DNA of 64,000 nt from the NCBI GenBank assembly GCA_002455955.1, contig DKLZ01000016.1, forward strand, positions 1,356-65,355, written 5' to 3'. The translations under genes and the position numbers were made by a program. Positions 9,224 to 19,172 of the stretch are shown one piece after another. Position 1 is the first letter of the stretch. Each line of letters begins with the position of its first letter. The notes below the pieces were generated by a model, which was not told the origin of the DNA, ran no database searches, and saw only the letters and a list, made by a program, of their open reading frames with translations. Source of the stretch: Dehalococcoidia bacterium UBA6627 (GTDB lineage Bacteria > Chloroflexota > Dehalococcoidia > UBA2979).

Positions 9224-10504
9224 TTGGTGAAGCACGACATGGTGGTGCAAATGAGCTCCCGACAGCAGAGTACCGTGTCACAGCCTGACTTAACTATGGA
9301 TGGTTTAGTACAGCCGTTTGAAGGCATACGTGTAATTGAAATTGGTGGATCTATTGCAGCGGCTGGAGCTAGTAAAATCCTTTCAGATTTCGGTGCCGAT
9401 GTGATCAAGATTGAGCCTCCGGATGGCGGAGAAGCACGCCGGCTGCCACCGTTTCCTGGGGATGTGCCACATTTGGATCGAGGTGGATACCATCTCGCTT
9501 TAGATACGGGAAAACGCTCGATTGTTCTAGAGATCGATATGCCCTCTGGTGTTCAATTACTTCTGGATCTGGCGCGTGGTTCCGATGTCGTGATTATTCA
9601 TCTTCCACCAAAGCAAGCTCGAATGGTGCTAGCAGTCCTTGACCGATTTGGTGATGATGGACCTTCGACCGTGACAATGACGCCACACGGTTTAGAAGGC
9701 CCATACGCTGATCACGAAGAAGACGATATTTCAATCTTTGCGCGTACCAATCGGATGCTACGCCACTCCTACACCGGTGAGGAACCACTGCGTTATGCAC
9801 CGTATGTTCCCACCTTGCAATGGGCTTCGACGGCTACCTCGGCGACTATGGCTGCGATTTGGGGCCGCCGTCACGATGGTATACGTCGCTCTATCGAGGT
9901 TGTAGCGACTGAGGCTCTAAGCGGGAACGTTGATTCCTGGTATATCCCTTGGGCGTTTACTGGTTCAAATCAGGTACGGAGTTTGGGTAATCAAGTCGCT
10001 TACTCGGAAGGATATTTTCCTTGTAGTGACGGGTATCTCTTTCTTTCAGTCACTGTCCCACAATTTCTCAAGAGATTATGCGAGGCGATCGGATTTCCCG
10101 AGCTAGCTGAAGATCCTCGAATTCACGATCCGTTACAACAAGAGGAACATTATGGGGAATTCAGGGATGCCGTGAACACATATCTCTCCGTTCGCACTCG
10201 TTACGAAGCTTTTCATGAGCTGCAGTCGAAAGGAGTACTTTGCGCACCCTTGATCGATGTTTCTGAGGCGATGACAGATCCTCAGGCGGTTGCTCGTCAA
10301 ACGTACGTTGAGGTTGAGCAGAACGCTGGTGTTGGTGTGACCACGATCGCTGGTCCACCATTTCGGATACGTGGTCAATCCGAGAATCCTTGGCAGATAA
10401 AACCCGCGCCTCTGTTTGGTGAACATACAGCTGAATTGTTAACAGAAATTGGCTACAGCTCTGAGGAGCAACTCGCGTTGTTTCGCGCTGGAGTCACGTC
10501 ATGA
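9224..10504 (+). CDS. Family III CoA-transferase (CaiB/BaiF family), copy 1
   Basis: Motifs: 'FEGIRVIEIGGSIAAAGASKILSDFGADVIKIEPP', 'GKRS', C-terminal 'LFGEHT..LL.E.GYS'. The start is uncertain; ATGs at 9251 and 9296 are alternatives. Confidence 0.8.
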   Translation: MVKHDMVVQMSSRQQSTVSQPDLTMDGLVQPFEGIRVIEIGGSIAAAGASKILSDFGADVIKIEPPDGGEARRLPPFPGDVPHLDRGGYHLALDTGKRSIVLEIDMPSGVQLLLDLARGSDVVIIHLPPKQARMVLAVLDRFGDDGPSTVTMTPHGLEGPYADHEEDDISIFARTNRMLRHSYTGEEPLRYAPYVPTLQWASTATSATMAAIWGRRHDGIRRSIEVVATEALSGNVDSWYIPWAFTGSNQVRSLGNQVAYSEGYFPCSDGYLFLSVTVPQFLKRLCEAIGFPELAEDPRIHDPLQQEEHYGEFRDAVNTYLSVRTRYEAFHELQSKGVLCAPLIDVSEAMTDPQAVARQTYVEVEQNAGVGVTTIAGPPFRIRGQSENPWQIKPAPLFGEHTAELLTEIGYSSEEQLALFRAGVTS

Positions 10505-11775
10505 CATCCAAAATGCTTGAAGGAATCCGTGTCATAGACATGACCGAAGTATGGGCTGGTCCGATGGGGAATTCGTTGCTTGCTGACTTGGGTGCGGACG
10601 TCATAAAGATTGAATCATTTCCTCGCCAGTCGTCGATCACGCGTACATCGCGCGGGGTTGCTTTAGATGGTGATGGTCCACCATGGGAGCGTAATTCCCT
10701 TCATCACATGGCGAATCGAAATAAGCGGAATCTTACGTTGAATATTCGAAGCGATGAGGGTGCAGAGGCATTGCGTAAGCTCATTTCGATTGCGGATGTT
10801 CTCGTTGATGGATATTCAGCAGGTACGCTTCAGCGCATTGGTTTTGGCTGGGACGATGTGCACGAATTGAATCCAAATCTCGTGATGCTTTCGATGCCTG
10901 GTTGGGGGGTCACCGGTCCATACCAGGGTTACGTCACACTTGGCTCGGGTCTTGATTCGACGTCGGGTCATGCCATGTTGCGTGGATACCCCGGTCAGCC
11001 TGTGGAGGAAATTCCATCGATTCTTCACACTGACGCTACAGGGGCACTCGGTGTCGTCCAAGCTGTTCTCGCTGGGCTCTTTCAACGTGAGAAGAACGAC
11101 AATGGGATGTTTATCGATATGTCACAGACTGAGGCTTTCGTGTGGCAGATGCCCGGAGCGACTGCGGAATACGACCTGAATGGCCGTGTTCCTCCGCGCT
11201 TAGGGAACGCCGATCCGCACGTGGTTCCCCACGGTTGTTATCGCGCAGGTGGTGGAGAAGCTAGTGAAGCCTCCCCAGAATCGAGTGAGCCTTCTTGGGT
11301 GGTGATCGCGGCACGAAACGATGCGCAATGGCATGGGATCGCTACAGCCTCGGGTAATCCTGAGTGGGCTGATATCGAGCACCCGTGGTCGACGGTAGTT
11401 GGGCGTCTCCGCGCGAGAGCTGATATCGATGCTGGACTTGCTGCTTACGCTGCGACTGGGACGGCTGAAGAAATCAGCGATGCGATCTCTACGGCTGGTG
11501 GGATTGCCGCCCCTGTCAAGCACGCTGTTTCTTTCCTCAGCGATCCGCAATTCGCAGAGCGAGGTTGGTTACAGAGTGTAGAGCATGCCTATATGGGCCT
11601 GCAGTTGATGCCAGGATTCCTTTGGTCGATCTCACCAGACGAAGCCTCGGTGGAGATACCGTGTGGGCTACTTGGCGAACGAAACCACGAGATCCTCGAA
11701 GAGATCGGGTATACGGATAAAGAGATTTCAGAACTCGAGGATTCTGGAGTGATCGGTAATGTCTATCCGACTTAG
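10501..11775 (+). CDS. Family III CoA-transferase (CaiB/BaiF family), copy 2
   Basis: Its ATG overlaps the stop of copy 1 (ATGA at 10501-10504). Motifs: 'LEGIRVIDMTEVWAGPMGNSLLADLGADVIKIE', 'NRNKRNLTLN', 'LLGERNHEILEEIGY'. Confidence 0.8.
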   Translation: MTSKMLEGIRVIDMTEVWAGPMGNSLLADLGADVIKIESFPRQSSITRTSRGVALDGDGPPWERNSLHHMANRNKRNLTLNIRSDEGAEALRKLISIADVLVDGYSAGTLQRIGFGWDDVHELNPNLVMLSMPGWGVTGPYQGYVTLGSGLDSTSGHAMLRGYPGQPVEEIPSILHTDATGALGVVQAVLAGLFQREKNDNGMFIDMSQTEAFVWQMPGATAEYDLNGRVPPRLGNADPHVVPHGCYRAGGGEASEASPESSEPSWVVIAARNDAQWHGIATASGNPEWADIEHPWSTVVGRLRARADIDAGLAAYAATGTAEEISDAISTAGGIAAPVKHAVSFLSDPQFAERGWLQSVEHAYMGLQLMPGFLWSISPDEASVEIPCGLLGERNHEILEEIGYTDKEISELEDSGVIGNVYPT

Positions 11776-11829
11776 TTGTTATCTCGTATCAAAGTTCCAC
11801 TAGAATTGATTATCCTGGGAAGGCGAAAT

Positions 11830-13443
11830 ATGACTGTTAAGCCAATAGATCGGCGCCGACGTAGCCGTTGGATCTTTGCTTATGAAGACGAAGAACCTAC
11901 ACATATTGAGCGTGTCGAGCATGCTGCCAAACTCTCCGCTGAACTTGGCGTAGAGCTAACAGCCCCTCAGATACCCACGCCTGAAGATCTCGAACTTCGT
12001 CCTCCTAGGGTGAAGATACCGTCCGAGCTAGCCTCATTCTGCAGTACAGCGAACTATGAAAGAGCAATACACAGCTATAGTTCATATTGTCTAAATCACG
12101 AAGCAGCGATTCGTGGCGATTATCCTAATCCGGTGGATGTGGTTGCACATCCTCGGACTGACGACGAGCTTGAGCGCGTTCTCACCTGGGCTAGCGACAA
12201 AAATGTAGTAGCCATTCCTTATGGTGCAGGTTCGTCTGTAGTTGATGGGATCAATCCCCCTAGTGAGGCAGACGCAGTTGTTACTATCGATATGGATCAG
12301 TTCGATCAAGTACTTGAAATAGACGATATTTCACGTGCCGCACGGATTCAGGCAGGAGTTTTTGGGCCACATCTCGAAAACCAACTACGTCCGCACGGTT
12401 TCACGCTTCGCCACTTTCCTCAGAGTTTTGCGTTGAGCACACTTGGTGGTTGGATAGCAACCCGCTCTGGCGGCCACTACGCTACGAATCAGACCCATAT
12501 AGATGACTTTGTTGAATCGACACGAATGATTACGCCGAATGGGTGGTGGGAATCACGCCGTTTGCCCGGTAGCGGTGCTGGACCTAGCCCTGACCGCCTG
12601 GTGATTGGCAGCGAGGGGACTCTGGGTATCATCACTGAGGCTTGGATGCGTATTCAAGCGCGCCCGAGTTTTCGTGCTACAGCCGGTATAGCGTTCGATA
12701 CTTGGGAAGCAGGATATGAGGCGACACGCCGCATTGCTCAGGCTAAGCTTTGGCCCGCGAATTTGCGGATTCTCGACCCTCAATTAGCACAGAGCGGAGC
12801 TGGTCTTGATGGAACTACTACTCTATTGATTGTCGGTTTCGAATCAGCGGAACTTTCGCAACGTGAACAGATGTCTGCTGCAGTTGAGATAGCTCGTGAT
12901 TCGGGTGGTCGTATAGCAGACGACGAAATTCTTGTAGATGATGGCGATGGCAATCCGACAGGTCGTGTGGGAGCTGTCGGTGCTTGGCGGGATGCTTTTA
13001 TACCAAAAGGGGGAGGTCTCGCGGCCGGTCTCGGTATGGTTGGGGCTACTATCGAGACGGCCATTACTTGGGAACGCTGGCCAGAGTTTGACTACGAAGT
13101 GCGATCAGCATTTCGCCGAGTTCTTGATGAGGAATGTGGTGGTGGAACCGTTAATTGCCGGTTTACCCATGTTTATACAGATGGACCTGCTCCCTATTAC
13201 ACATACGCAGGTGCCTATAAGGGTGGTGACTCAGACGCTCAAGAGCGCAATATAAAGCGAGCTGTATCTGACGCAGTTGAACGTCTTGGCGGCACAATTA
13301 CGCACCACCATGCTGTCGGAAGGTTGCATCGCCCTCAGTACGATCGTCAGCGCCCAGATTTATTTGCTGAATCACTTCGTGCGGCGAAACAGGCTGTTGA
13401 CCCGAAGGGGATTCTCAACCCTGGTGTACTAATTGATCCGTAA
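11830..13443 (+). CDS. FAD-linked oxidase (GlcD / alkyl-DHAP-synthase-like flavoprotein)
   Basis: The ORF is open from 11776 (TTG). ATG at 11830 has a GGGAAGG RBS. FAD-binding PCMH region: 'VVAIPYGAGSSVVDG', 'RHFPQS', 'STLGGWIATRSGG'. C-terminus: 'ITHHHAVG....DP.GILNPG'. Confidence 0.75.
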   Translation: MTVKPIDRRRRSRWIFAYEDEEPTHIERVEHAAKLSAELGVELTAPQIPTPEDLELRPPRVKIPSELASFCSTANYERAIHSYSSYCLNHEAAIRGDYPNPVDVVAHPRTDDELERVLTWASDKNVVAIPYGAGSSVVDGINPPSEADAVVTIDMDQFDQVLEIDDISRAARIQAGVFGPHLENQLRPHGFTLRHFPQSFALSTLGGWIATRSGGHYATNQTHIDDFVESTRMITPNGWWESRRLPGSGAGPSPDRLVIGSEGTLGIITEAWMRIQARPSFRATAGIAFDTWEAGYEATRRIAQAKLWPANLRILDPQLAQSGAGLDGTTTLLIVGFESAELSQREQMSAAVEIARDSGGRIADDEILVDDGDGNPTGRVGAVGAWRDAFIPKGGGLAAGLGMVGATIETAITWERWPEFDYEVRSAFRRVLDEECGGGTVNCRFTHVYTDGPAPYYTYAGAYKGGDSDAQERNIKRAVSDAVERLGGTITHHHAVGRLHRPQYDRQRPDLFAESLRAAKQAVDPKGILNPGVLIDP

Positions 13444-13627
13444 GCTGACGAAGCACGGTCACTCGGTCATGCGTGCCTGTTCTGGCTTCCTCGACAATGG
13501 CTGGTTTGGCAGGAACACGTGAGGTTTACCTTTTAGATGAAGTTTGTACCAGTAGTATTCGGCAGATGGTATGTAGCATGGTCAGGTGTGCGCGCAACAT
13601 TCAGGCCTCGTCTGTTAGGAGCAGTCA

Positions 13628-14404
13628 GTGAATTACGAAACTATTCTTCTGGACCGCGAGAACCACATAACCACAGTCACCTTAAATCGCCCCGACAAGC
13701 TCAATGCGCTCAATATGCGAATGGCTGAGGAACTGCACGAAGCGTTAGCGATCGAGGATGACGATGATGATACTCGTGTCATCGTCATCACCGGTTCAGG
13801 ACGCGGATTCTGTTCTGGCGCAGACCTTACTCCGAGTAATAGTCCCGGTGAGGCACGTAGTTCCACTGCACCTAGCCTTGCTGACGCCACATTCGAAGCT
13901 CTTCAGATTAAGAAACCGATCATCGCTTCTATCAACGGTGTTGCTGTCGGAGGTGGTTGCACGATGACGCTGTCATGCGATCTTCGTATTGCCTCAGAAG
14001 AGGCACGTTTTCAATTGCCCTTCACGAAACTGAGTATCAGTGCCGAACTTGGTTCTACGTATCTGTTGCCGCGTCTTGTTGGCTTTGGTAAGGCGACTGA
14101 ATTGATCCTCACATCACGCATGATCGATGCACGCGAAGCTCTTTCGATCGGACTCGTAAATCAGGTTGTGCCAGCTGATGAATTGCTTGATGCAACTAAT
14201 GAGATGGCGGCCACTATCGCTGCTTTGCCACCAAAGGCAGTGCGTCTAAATAAGAAGGGTATTCGTCTAGGTATGGGATCAGAACTAGATAGTCAACGGC
14301 GATACGAAGAGCTTGCAGCTGCGACGCTAGGGCAGAGTGATGATGCGAGGGAAGCGCGAGAGGCGTTTAGGGAAAAACGAGATCCAATCTTCACTGGACG
14401 ATAA
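13628..14404 (+). CDS. Enoyl-CoA hydratase/isomerase (crotonase) family
   Basis: 258 aa, GTG start. Motifs: 'VTLNRPDKLNAL', oxyanion-hole 'GSGRGFCSGADL', 'INGVAVGGG'. Confidence 0.85.
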   Translation: MNYETILLDRENHITTVTLNRPDKLNALNMRMAEELHEALAIEDDDDDTRVIVITGSGRGFCSGADLTPSNSPGEARSSTAPSLADATFEALQIKKPIIASINGVAVGGGCTMTLSCDLRIASEEARFQLPFTKLSISAELGSTYLLPRLVGFGKATELILTSRMIDAREALSIGLVNQVVPADELLDATNEMAATIAALPPKAVRLNKKGIRLGMGSELDSQRRYEELAAATLGQSDDAREAREAFREKRDPIFTGR

Positions 14405-14603
14405 TAATCATGGCTAGTGGGAGTTTTTTCGGAAAGTTCCAATGATGGACCTAAGCTATTAGCTCTTTGAGTTGCCTCAGGTTTATCGTCAGGAAATCGT
14501 TATCTCAGCCGGATGTGTCGCGACGTCGTCAGGATTTTACTGAGTCCTGTTGAGCTGGATTGCATTTGAATATAATCGGGATCTGTCTGGATGTGCTGTC
14601 GCG

Positions 14604-15875
14604 TTAAGACCTCCGCTCCCTATCGCTAGTTTGAGTTGGCGGTTGCCAAGGCTTGCGCAGTACTGGCCAGATGAAACCCGCTACCACGAGCATTGCGAGT
14701 GCTTCTAGAATGACGATCGACAGCGCTCCTTGCTCGCCGACTGCGATCACTAGAGGGCTCACTTGTAGCGCTCCAAGCGGGCCAGCTCCTATTGCTAGTG
14801 AAAGTACTCCTAGCACACGACCGCGCATTGCTGGTGCGGTTGCTCGCATCAGGATCGCGGTTTGCATAGTTGCGAACGAAGAGAACCCAAATCCGCCAAT
14901 GAACAGTACTGCGGCAGACAGCGCGTATTCCTCAGATCGTGAGAATCCCAGCGCACAGAGTAGGAATAGGCCGGTTCCGAAGAAGTAGATCCGTGGATAT
15001 GACCTTGTCTTTGTGCGGCTAGCAATCCAGAGTGCGGCGATCACTGCTCCTAGGCCTTCGGTCGCACTGAGCAATCCAACCCCGACTGGGTCGGCTCCTA
15101 GGATGTCTTTGCCGATCACTGGAATCATGCTTTGGTATGAAGGGAATACGGTATTGAGGGCGACCGTCACTATCAGGGTGCCGACTATGATTTTACTTGA
15201 GCGCGCGTAACGAAGCCCACTCGTGAGGGCAGCTAATGGGCCTGCACCATCGGTTACGTGCTTATGTGTGGTGTAGCGTAGCCTGATTGCGACTAATGTT
15301 GCGGCGATGAAAATGGCACTCATCAAAAGGTAAGCGCCATCTGCACCAACGGTTACGAATAGTGCACCACCAACTGCAGGCCCGACCATTCGATTCAATG
15401 AATCAGTGGTCCAGTCGATGCTTACAGCTGGGCCAATCGCCTCTTCGGAGACGGCATCAGCGAGCAAAGCTCGCCGCACGGGAAATTCCAAAGCCCAGAA
15501 TGTTCCGTTCGCAAACACCGCGAGTAGTAGATGCCAGTAAACCACCGTACCGCTTGTAATCAGAAGACTAAGTGAAACTGCGACCGCAGCTAGACCAAGA
15601 AGCGAACAAATCCAAAGGTGCTTTCGATTGAATCTGTCTGCCAATGCTCCTAGAGCGATCCCAAAAAACAGACGTGGTGACTGCCTTGTTACGAGCGCGA
15701 TTGCTACTAGACCGGCCGAATCTGTTAATTCGAACGTGAAAACTCCCAACACCAACATGTCCAGCCAGCGCATCATCGAGGTGAGAATCCCTGCTGCCCA
15801 GATTCGCCGAAAATGTGAATTCCGGAAAAGTGAGCGAAGGTCTGTTTTCTCAGCTGGTGTTGGGATCATCGACAT
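14604..15875 (-). CDS. MFS transporter
   Basis: 423 aa and strongly hydrophobic, with about 12 predicted helices. MFS loop motif 'GALADRFNRK' lies between TM2 and TM3. Substrate unknown. Confidence 0.75.
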   Translation of the reverse strand: MSMIPTPAEKTDLRSLFRNSHFRRIWAAGILTSMMRWLDMLVLGVFTFELTDSAGLVAIALVTRQSPRLFFGIALGALADRFNRKHLWICSLLGLAAVAVSLSLLITSGTVVYWHLLLAVFANGTFWALEFPVRRALLADAVSEEAIGPAVSIDWTTDSLNRMVGPAVGGALFVTVGADGAYLLMSAIFIAATLVAIRLRYTTHKHVTDGAGPLAALTSGLRYARSSKIIVGTLIVTVALNTVFPSYQSMIPVIGKDILGADPVGVGLLSATEGLGAVIAALWIASRTKTRSYPRIYFFGTGLFLLCALGFSRSEEYALSAAVLFIGGFGFSSFATMQTAILMRATAPAMRGRVLGVLSLAIGAGPLGALQVSPLVIAVGEQGALSIVILEALAMLVVAGFIWPVLRKPWQPPTQTSDRERRS

Positions 15876-16130
15876 AGATGGCGGATCTTATAGGGTCTCT
15901 GTCTCCCGGTCAGTGCCGCAAACGTTAAAGAGCGCTGTTTATCACTGAGCGTTCCGGTTTGGTGGCAGGTTATTCGTGACTCAACTCGCTTGCCGACTAT
16001 TGTATGCCTCTAAGATGTTTGTTGATTCTGCTAGAGGACTAGTCACGTCCAATATGGAATCGCACGTTTACTAACCAGAAATATAGCCGATATGCTGAAA
16101 GAGTAAGCTCAAGAATTCAAAGGAGCTCCA

Positions 16131-16691
16131 GTGGAACGCACCCTTTTTGCTCCAGATATTACTTGTGATCATTGCGTTGCAACGATCGGTGAGGCTGTTG
16201 ACTCGATTGAAGGTGCCAGATTCAGATCGGGCAATTCACAAGAGAAATCTTTTGTTATCGAAGCGGTTAGCGATGCTGTAGTAGAACAAGTTTCAATTGC
16301 CACGGCAGCCGTTGGTTACCCGTTAGATGAAAGGCCTTTAGCTCACGACCATGATGATATTGAGATCAAGATGGACTTGATTTCGAGATCGACTAAAGAG
16401 AACCGGTCTCCGGTTTATAAGGTGTCTGTCACTGAAAAGGGTGCTGAGCTGAGTTATTCGTGCCCTTGTGGTTGTCGCATTGGTTACACGTTTGACCGTT
16501 CGGTTGCTGATCAACAGGTGGAGGCTTGTTGCTGCGGTAAGCAGATGTTTGTCGCTCCTATCGACGCCGAAGATCAACTTAGAAGCTGGCTCAACGAAGG
16601 TGAATACCACCTTGATGTTCAAGTCGTTGAGATGCCTTGGGGGCAGCCGATGCAGGTTGCTATTGCGATTCCGGTTGACGAGAAGCAGTGA
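16131..16691 (+). CDS. CopZ-like heavy-metal-associated (HMA) domain fused to an uncharacterised Cys-rich C-terminal domain
   Basis: AAAGGAG RBS and GTG start. N-terminal about 67 aa form an HMA fold with 'DITCDHCV'. A His/Asp linker 'HDHDD' follows. The C-terminal about 95 aa contain 'SCPCGC' and 'ACCCG'. The gene ends 52 nt upstream of copA. Confidence 0.65.
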   Translation: MERTLFAPDITCDHCVATIGEAVDSIEGARFRSGNSQEKSFVIEAVSDAVVEQVSIATAAVGYPLDERPLAHDHDDIEIKMDLISRSTKENRSPVYKVSVTEKGAELSYSCPCGCRIGYTFDRSVADQQVEACCCGKQMFVAPIDAEDQLRSWLNEGEYHLDVQVVEMPWGQPMQVAIAIPVDEKQ

Positions 16692-16743
16692 GTGAGAGGA
16701 TCTGGGCCTCATTTTTTAGCATCGGTATGCAAGTAGGTTCGAA

Positions 16744-19122
16744 ATGAGCAGTGATCCCGGACGCCGAGAGGTCAGCCCAGAACTGTTTACCAATTCCCCT
16801 AGTCATTCACCCTCTGGTTCTCTCCGCTTCAGTGTTCGCGGCATGACTTGTGCTTCGTGTGTTAGGCGTGTCGAGAAGGCACTTGGGTCTGTCGACGGCG
16901 TAAAAGCTGCTCGCGTTAACTTAGCATCTGAGGAAGCAGTAATTGAGCCTGTTGGCATCTCGATCGAAGCTTTGTGCAATGCGGTCGATACAGCTGGTTA
17001 TGACTTAATTGTTTCTGATCGTGAAGATGAAGCAGCGCGTGACCGTATCGATACTCAGCGTGGTTTTGACTATGAACTTCTTCGTCAGAAGACGATTGTT
17101 GCGGGAGTGATTGCGGCTTTCCTAATTGGATTTATGGGACTAAGCCACTTACTAGGCGTATTGCACGACATCCCACTGCGGCTGCGACATCCCGCGTTCT
17201 TTGTGTTAGCTCTCCCAGTTCAGTTCTGGGCAGGATACGAATTTTATAGAGGTGCTTGGCGTGTGGGTCGTCACGGCTCATCCGACATGAACACACTGAT
17301 TGCAGTAGGCACTTCGGCTGCGTTTGGTTATTCAGTAATTGCGACATTCATTCCGCAGATTCCTGAATCGATCGATGGATTGGATGCGAGTGTGTTCTTT
17401 GACACCTCCTGTGCGGTCATTTTTTTCGTGTTGCTTGGTCGCTTACTTGAGATGCGTGCGAAGAAGAAAACTGCGGACGCGGTCCGTGAGCTGATGGTAC
17501 TTCGTCCAAAGAGAGCACGAGTTCTGGAAGATGGTGAAGAATTTGAAATTCCGATTCGTGCGGTTCAAATTGGAGATGTTGTACTAGTCAAACCTGGAGA
17601 GCAGATTCCTGTCGATGGAGATGTTCTAGAAGGGTCTTCTGCTGTTAACGAATCAATGCTTACTGGGGAGGCGATCCCAGTTGTGAGACGGCCGGGCGAC
17701 AATGTCTTTGGTGCAACGACGAACACTAGTGGCATGCTGAAGCTTCTGGTGACTGCGGTCGATACTGATTCTGCATTGGCACGCATCATCCAGCAGGTGG
17801 AAGAAGCTCAGAGTTCGAAAGCGCCGATACAAGCTCTTGCTGATCGTATATCGAATATATTTGTCCCAGTTGTGTTCTCGATCGCTGTGGCGACATTGTT
17901 ACTGTGGTGGTTGCTCGGTCCCGCGCCTGCATTAACTATTGGTCTCCTGAACGCCGTAACGATTTTGATTGTTGCCTGCCCATGTGCCTTAGGCCTAGCT
18001 ACTCCAACTGCGATCATGGTTGGGACTGGCTTGGCTGCGCGTAACGGTATCTTGATTCGTGATGCTGAGGCACTTCAACGCGCTCGTTCTATCGACACTG
18101 TTCTCTTAGATAAGACAGGGACAATCACGGAAGGGAAGCCTAAAGTAATCCGCATACAAATGATCGATAATTCATCGGTTGATATTGATGAGATGATTCG
18201 ACTTGCAGCTTCTGCGGAGCGTGGGTCGGCTCATCCCTATGCTGTTGCGATTCTTCGTGCGGCGAAAGATCGCGAGGTTATCCTCGACTGGCCGCTTACC
18301 CTCGAGACAATAGATGGTTCGGGGTTAGTGGCGCGTATCGGTGAGCGAGAGATTCTGATTGGAACCAAGGAACTGCTCCGATCTCATGGTATCGCTGCGG
18401 ATGAATGTTCTGTCCTCGATGATCTCGCTGCTGTGGCCGGAAAACAGGGAGAAACGCCGATTCGAGTTGCGATTGACGGCGAAGTTTCCGGATTGATCGT
18501 AGTTGCGGATCAGGTCCGTGAGAGTTCAGTATCTGGTATCGATCACCTCCTAGAGCTAGGTATCCGCGTTGTGATGCTAACCGGTGATCAGGAGCAAACT
18601 GCATCTACAATCGCGCAGGAAGTTGGAATTTCGGAGGTTGTTTCGGAGGCATCTTCGAAAGATAAATTGCAACTTGTGCGCCAGCTCCAGGATCAAGGTC
18701 GGACTGTTGCGATGGTTGGTGATGGTATCAACGACGCACCTGCACTTGCAGCGGCAGACGCAGGAATTGCCATAGGAACTGGTACAGACGTTGCGCTCGA
18801 AGTGTCTACGATGACACTAGTTCGACCGGACATCGGTCGGGTGGCAATTGCGATTAAGATCAGTCAGTCAACCATTCGAACCATGTGGCAGAACCTTGGT
18901 TGGGCATTCGCCTACAATGTTGCCTTGATTCCTGTCGCTGCCGGCATCGGTTTTCTTGTTCTCGAGCTATTTTTCGATGGGACGGCGGTCCCGAACGTTC
19001 TCGAACCAATCTTTGGGAAGAAAGGTTTTCTCAACCCGATCGCTGCTGCTGCTGCGATGGCTTTCTCATCAGTTTCGGTGATGAGTAACTCTCTGCGCCT
19101 ACGAGGAGCTTCTGTCGAATGA
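16744..19122 (+). CDS. copA: Copper-translocating P1B-type ATPase
   Basis: 792 aa. N-terminal HMA 'GMTCASCV', 'TGE', TM6 '[10 protein letters not shown]', phosphorylation site 'DKTGTIT', '[10 protein letters not shown]'. Confidence 0.9.
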   Translation: MSSDPGRREVSPELFTNSPSHSPSGSLRFSVRGMTCASCVRRVEKALGSVDGVKAARVNLASEEAVIEPVGISIEALCNAVDTAGYDLIVSDREDEAARDRIDTQRGFDYELLRQKTIVAGVIAAFLIGFMGLSHLLGVLHDIPLRLRHPAFFVLALPVQFWAGYEFYRGAWRVGRHGSSDMNTLIAVGTSAAFGYSVIATFIPQIPESIDGLDASVFFDTSCAVIFFVLLGRLLEMRAKKKTADAVRELMVLRPKRARVLEDGEEFEIPIRAVQIGDVVLVKPGEQIPVDGDVLEGSSAVNESMLTGEAIPVVRRPGDNVFGATTNTSGMLKLLVTAVDTDSALARIIQQVEEAQSSKAPIQALADRISNIFVPVVFSIAVATLLLWWLLGPAPALTIGLLNAVTILIVACPCALGLATPTAIMVGTGLAARNGILIRDAEALQRARSIDTVLLDKTGTITEGKPKVIRIQMIDNSSVDIDEMIRLAASAERGSAHPYAVAILRAAKDREVILDWPLTLETIDGSGLVARIGEREILIGTKELLRSHGIAADECSVLDDLAAVAGKQGETPIRVAIDGEVSGLIVVADQVRESSVSGIDHLLELGIRVVMLTGDQEQTASTIAQEVGISEVVSEASSKDKLQLVRQLQDQGRTVAMVGDGINDAPALAAADAGIAIGTGTDVALEVSTMTLVRPDIGRVAIAIKISQSTIRTMWQNLGWAFAYNVALIPVAAGIGFLVLELFFDGTAVPNVLEPIFGKKGFLNPIAAAAAMAFSSVSVMSNSLRLRGASVE

Positions 19123-19172
19123 CCTCGAGCCATCGTGGGTTAACTGGAATTTTGATTAAGCAGAGCATTAAG

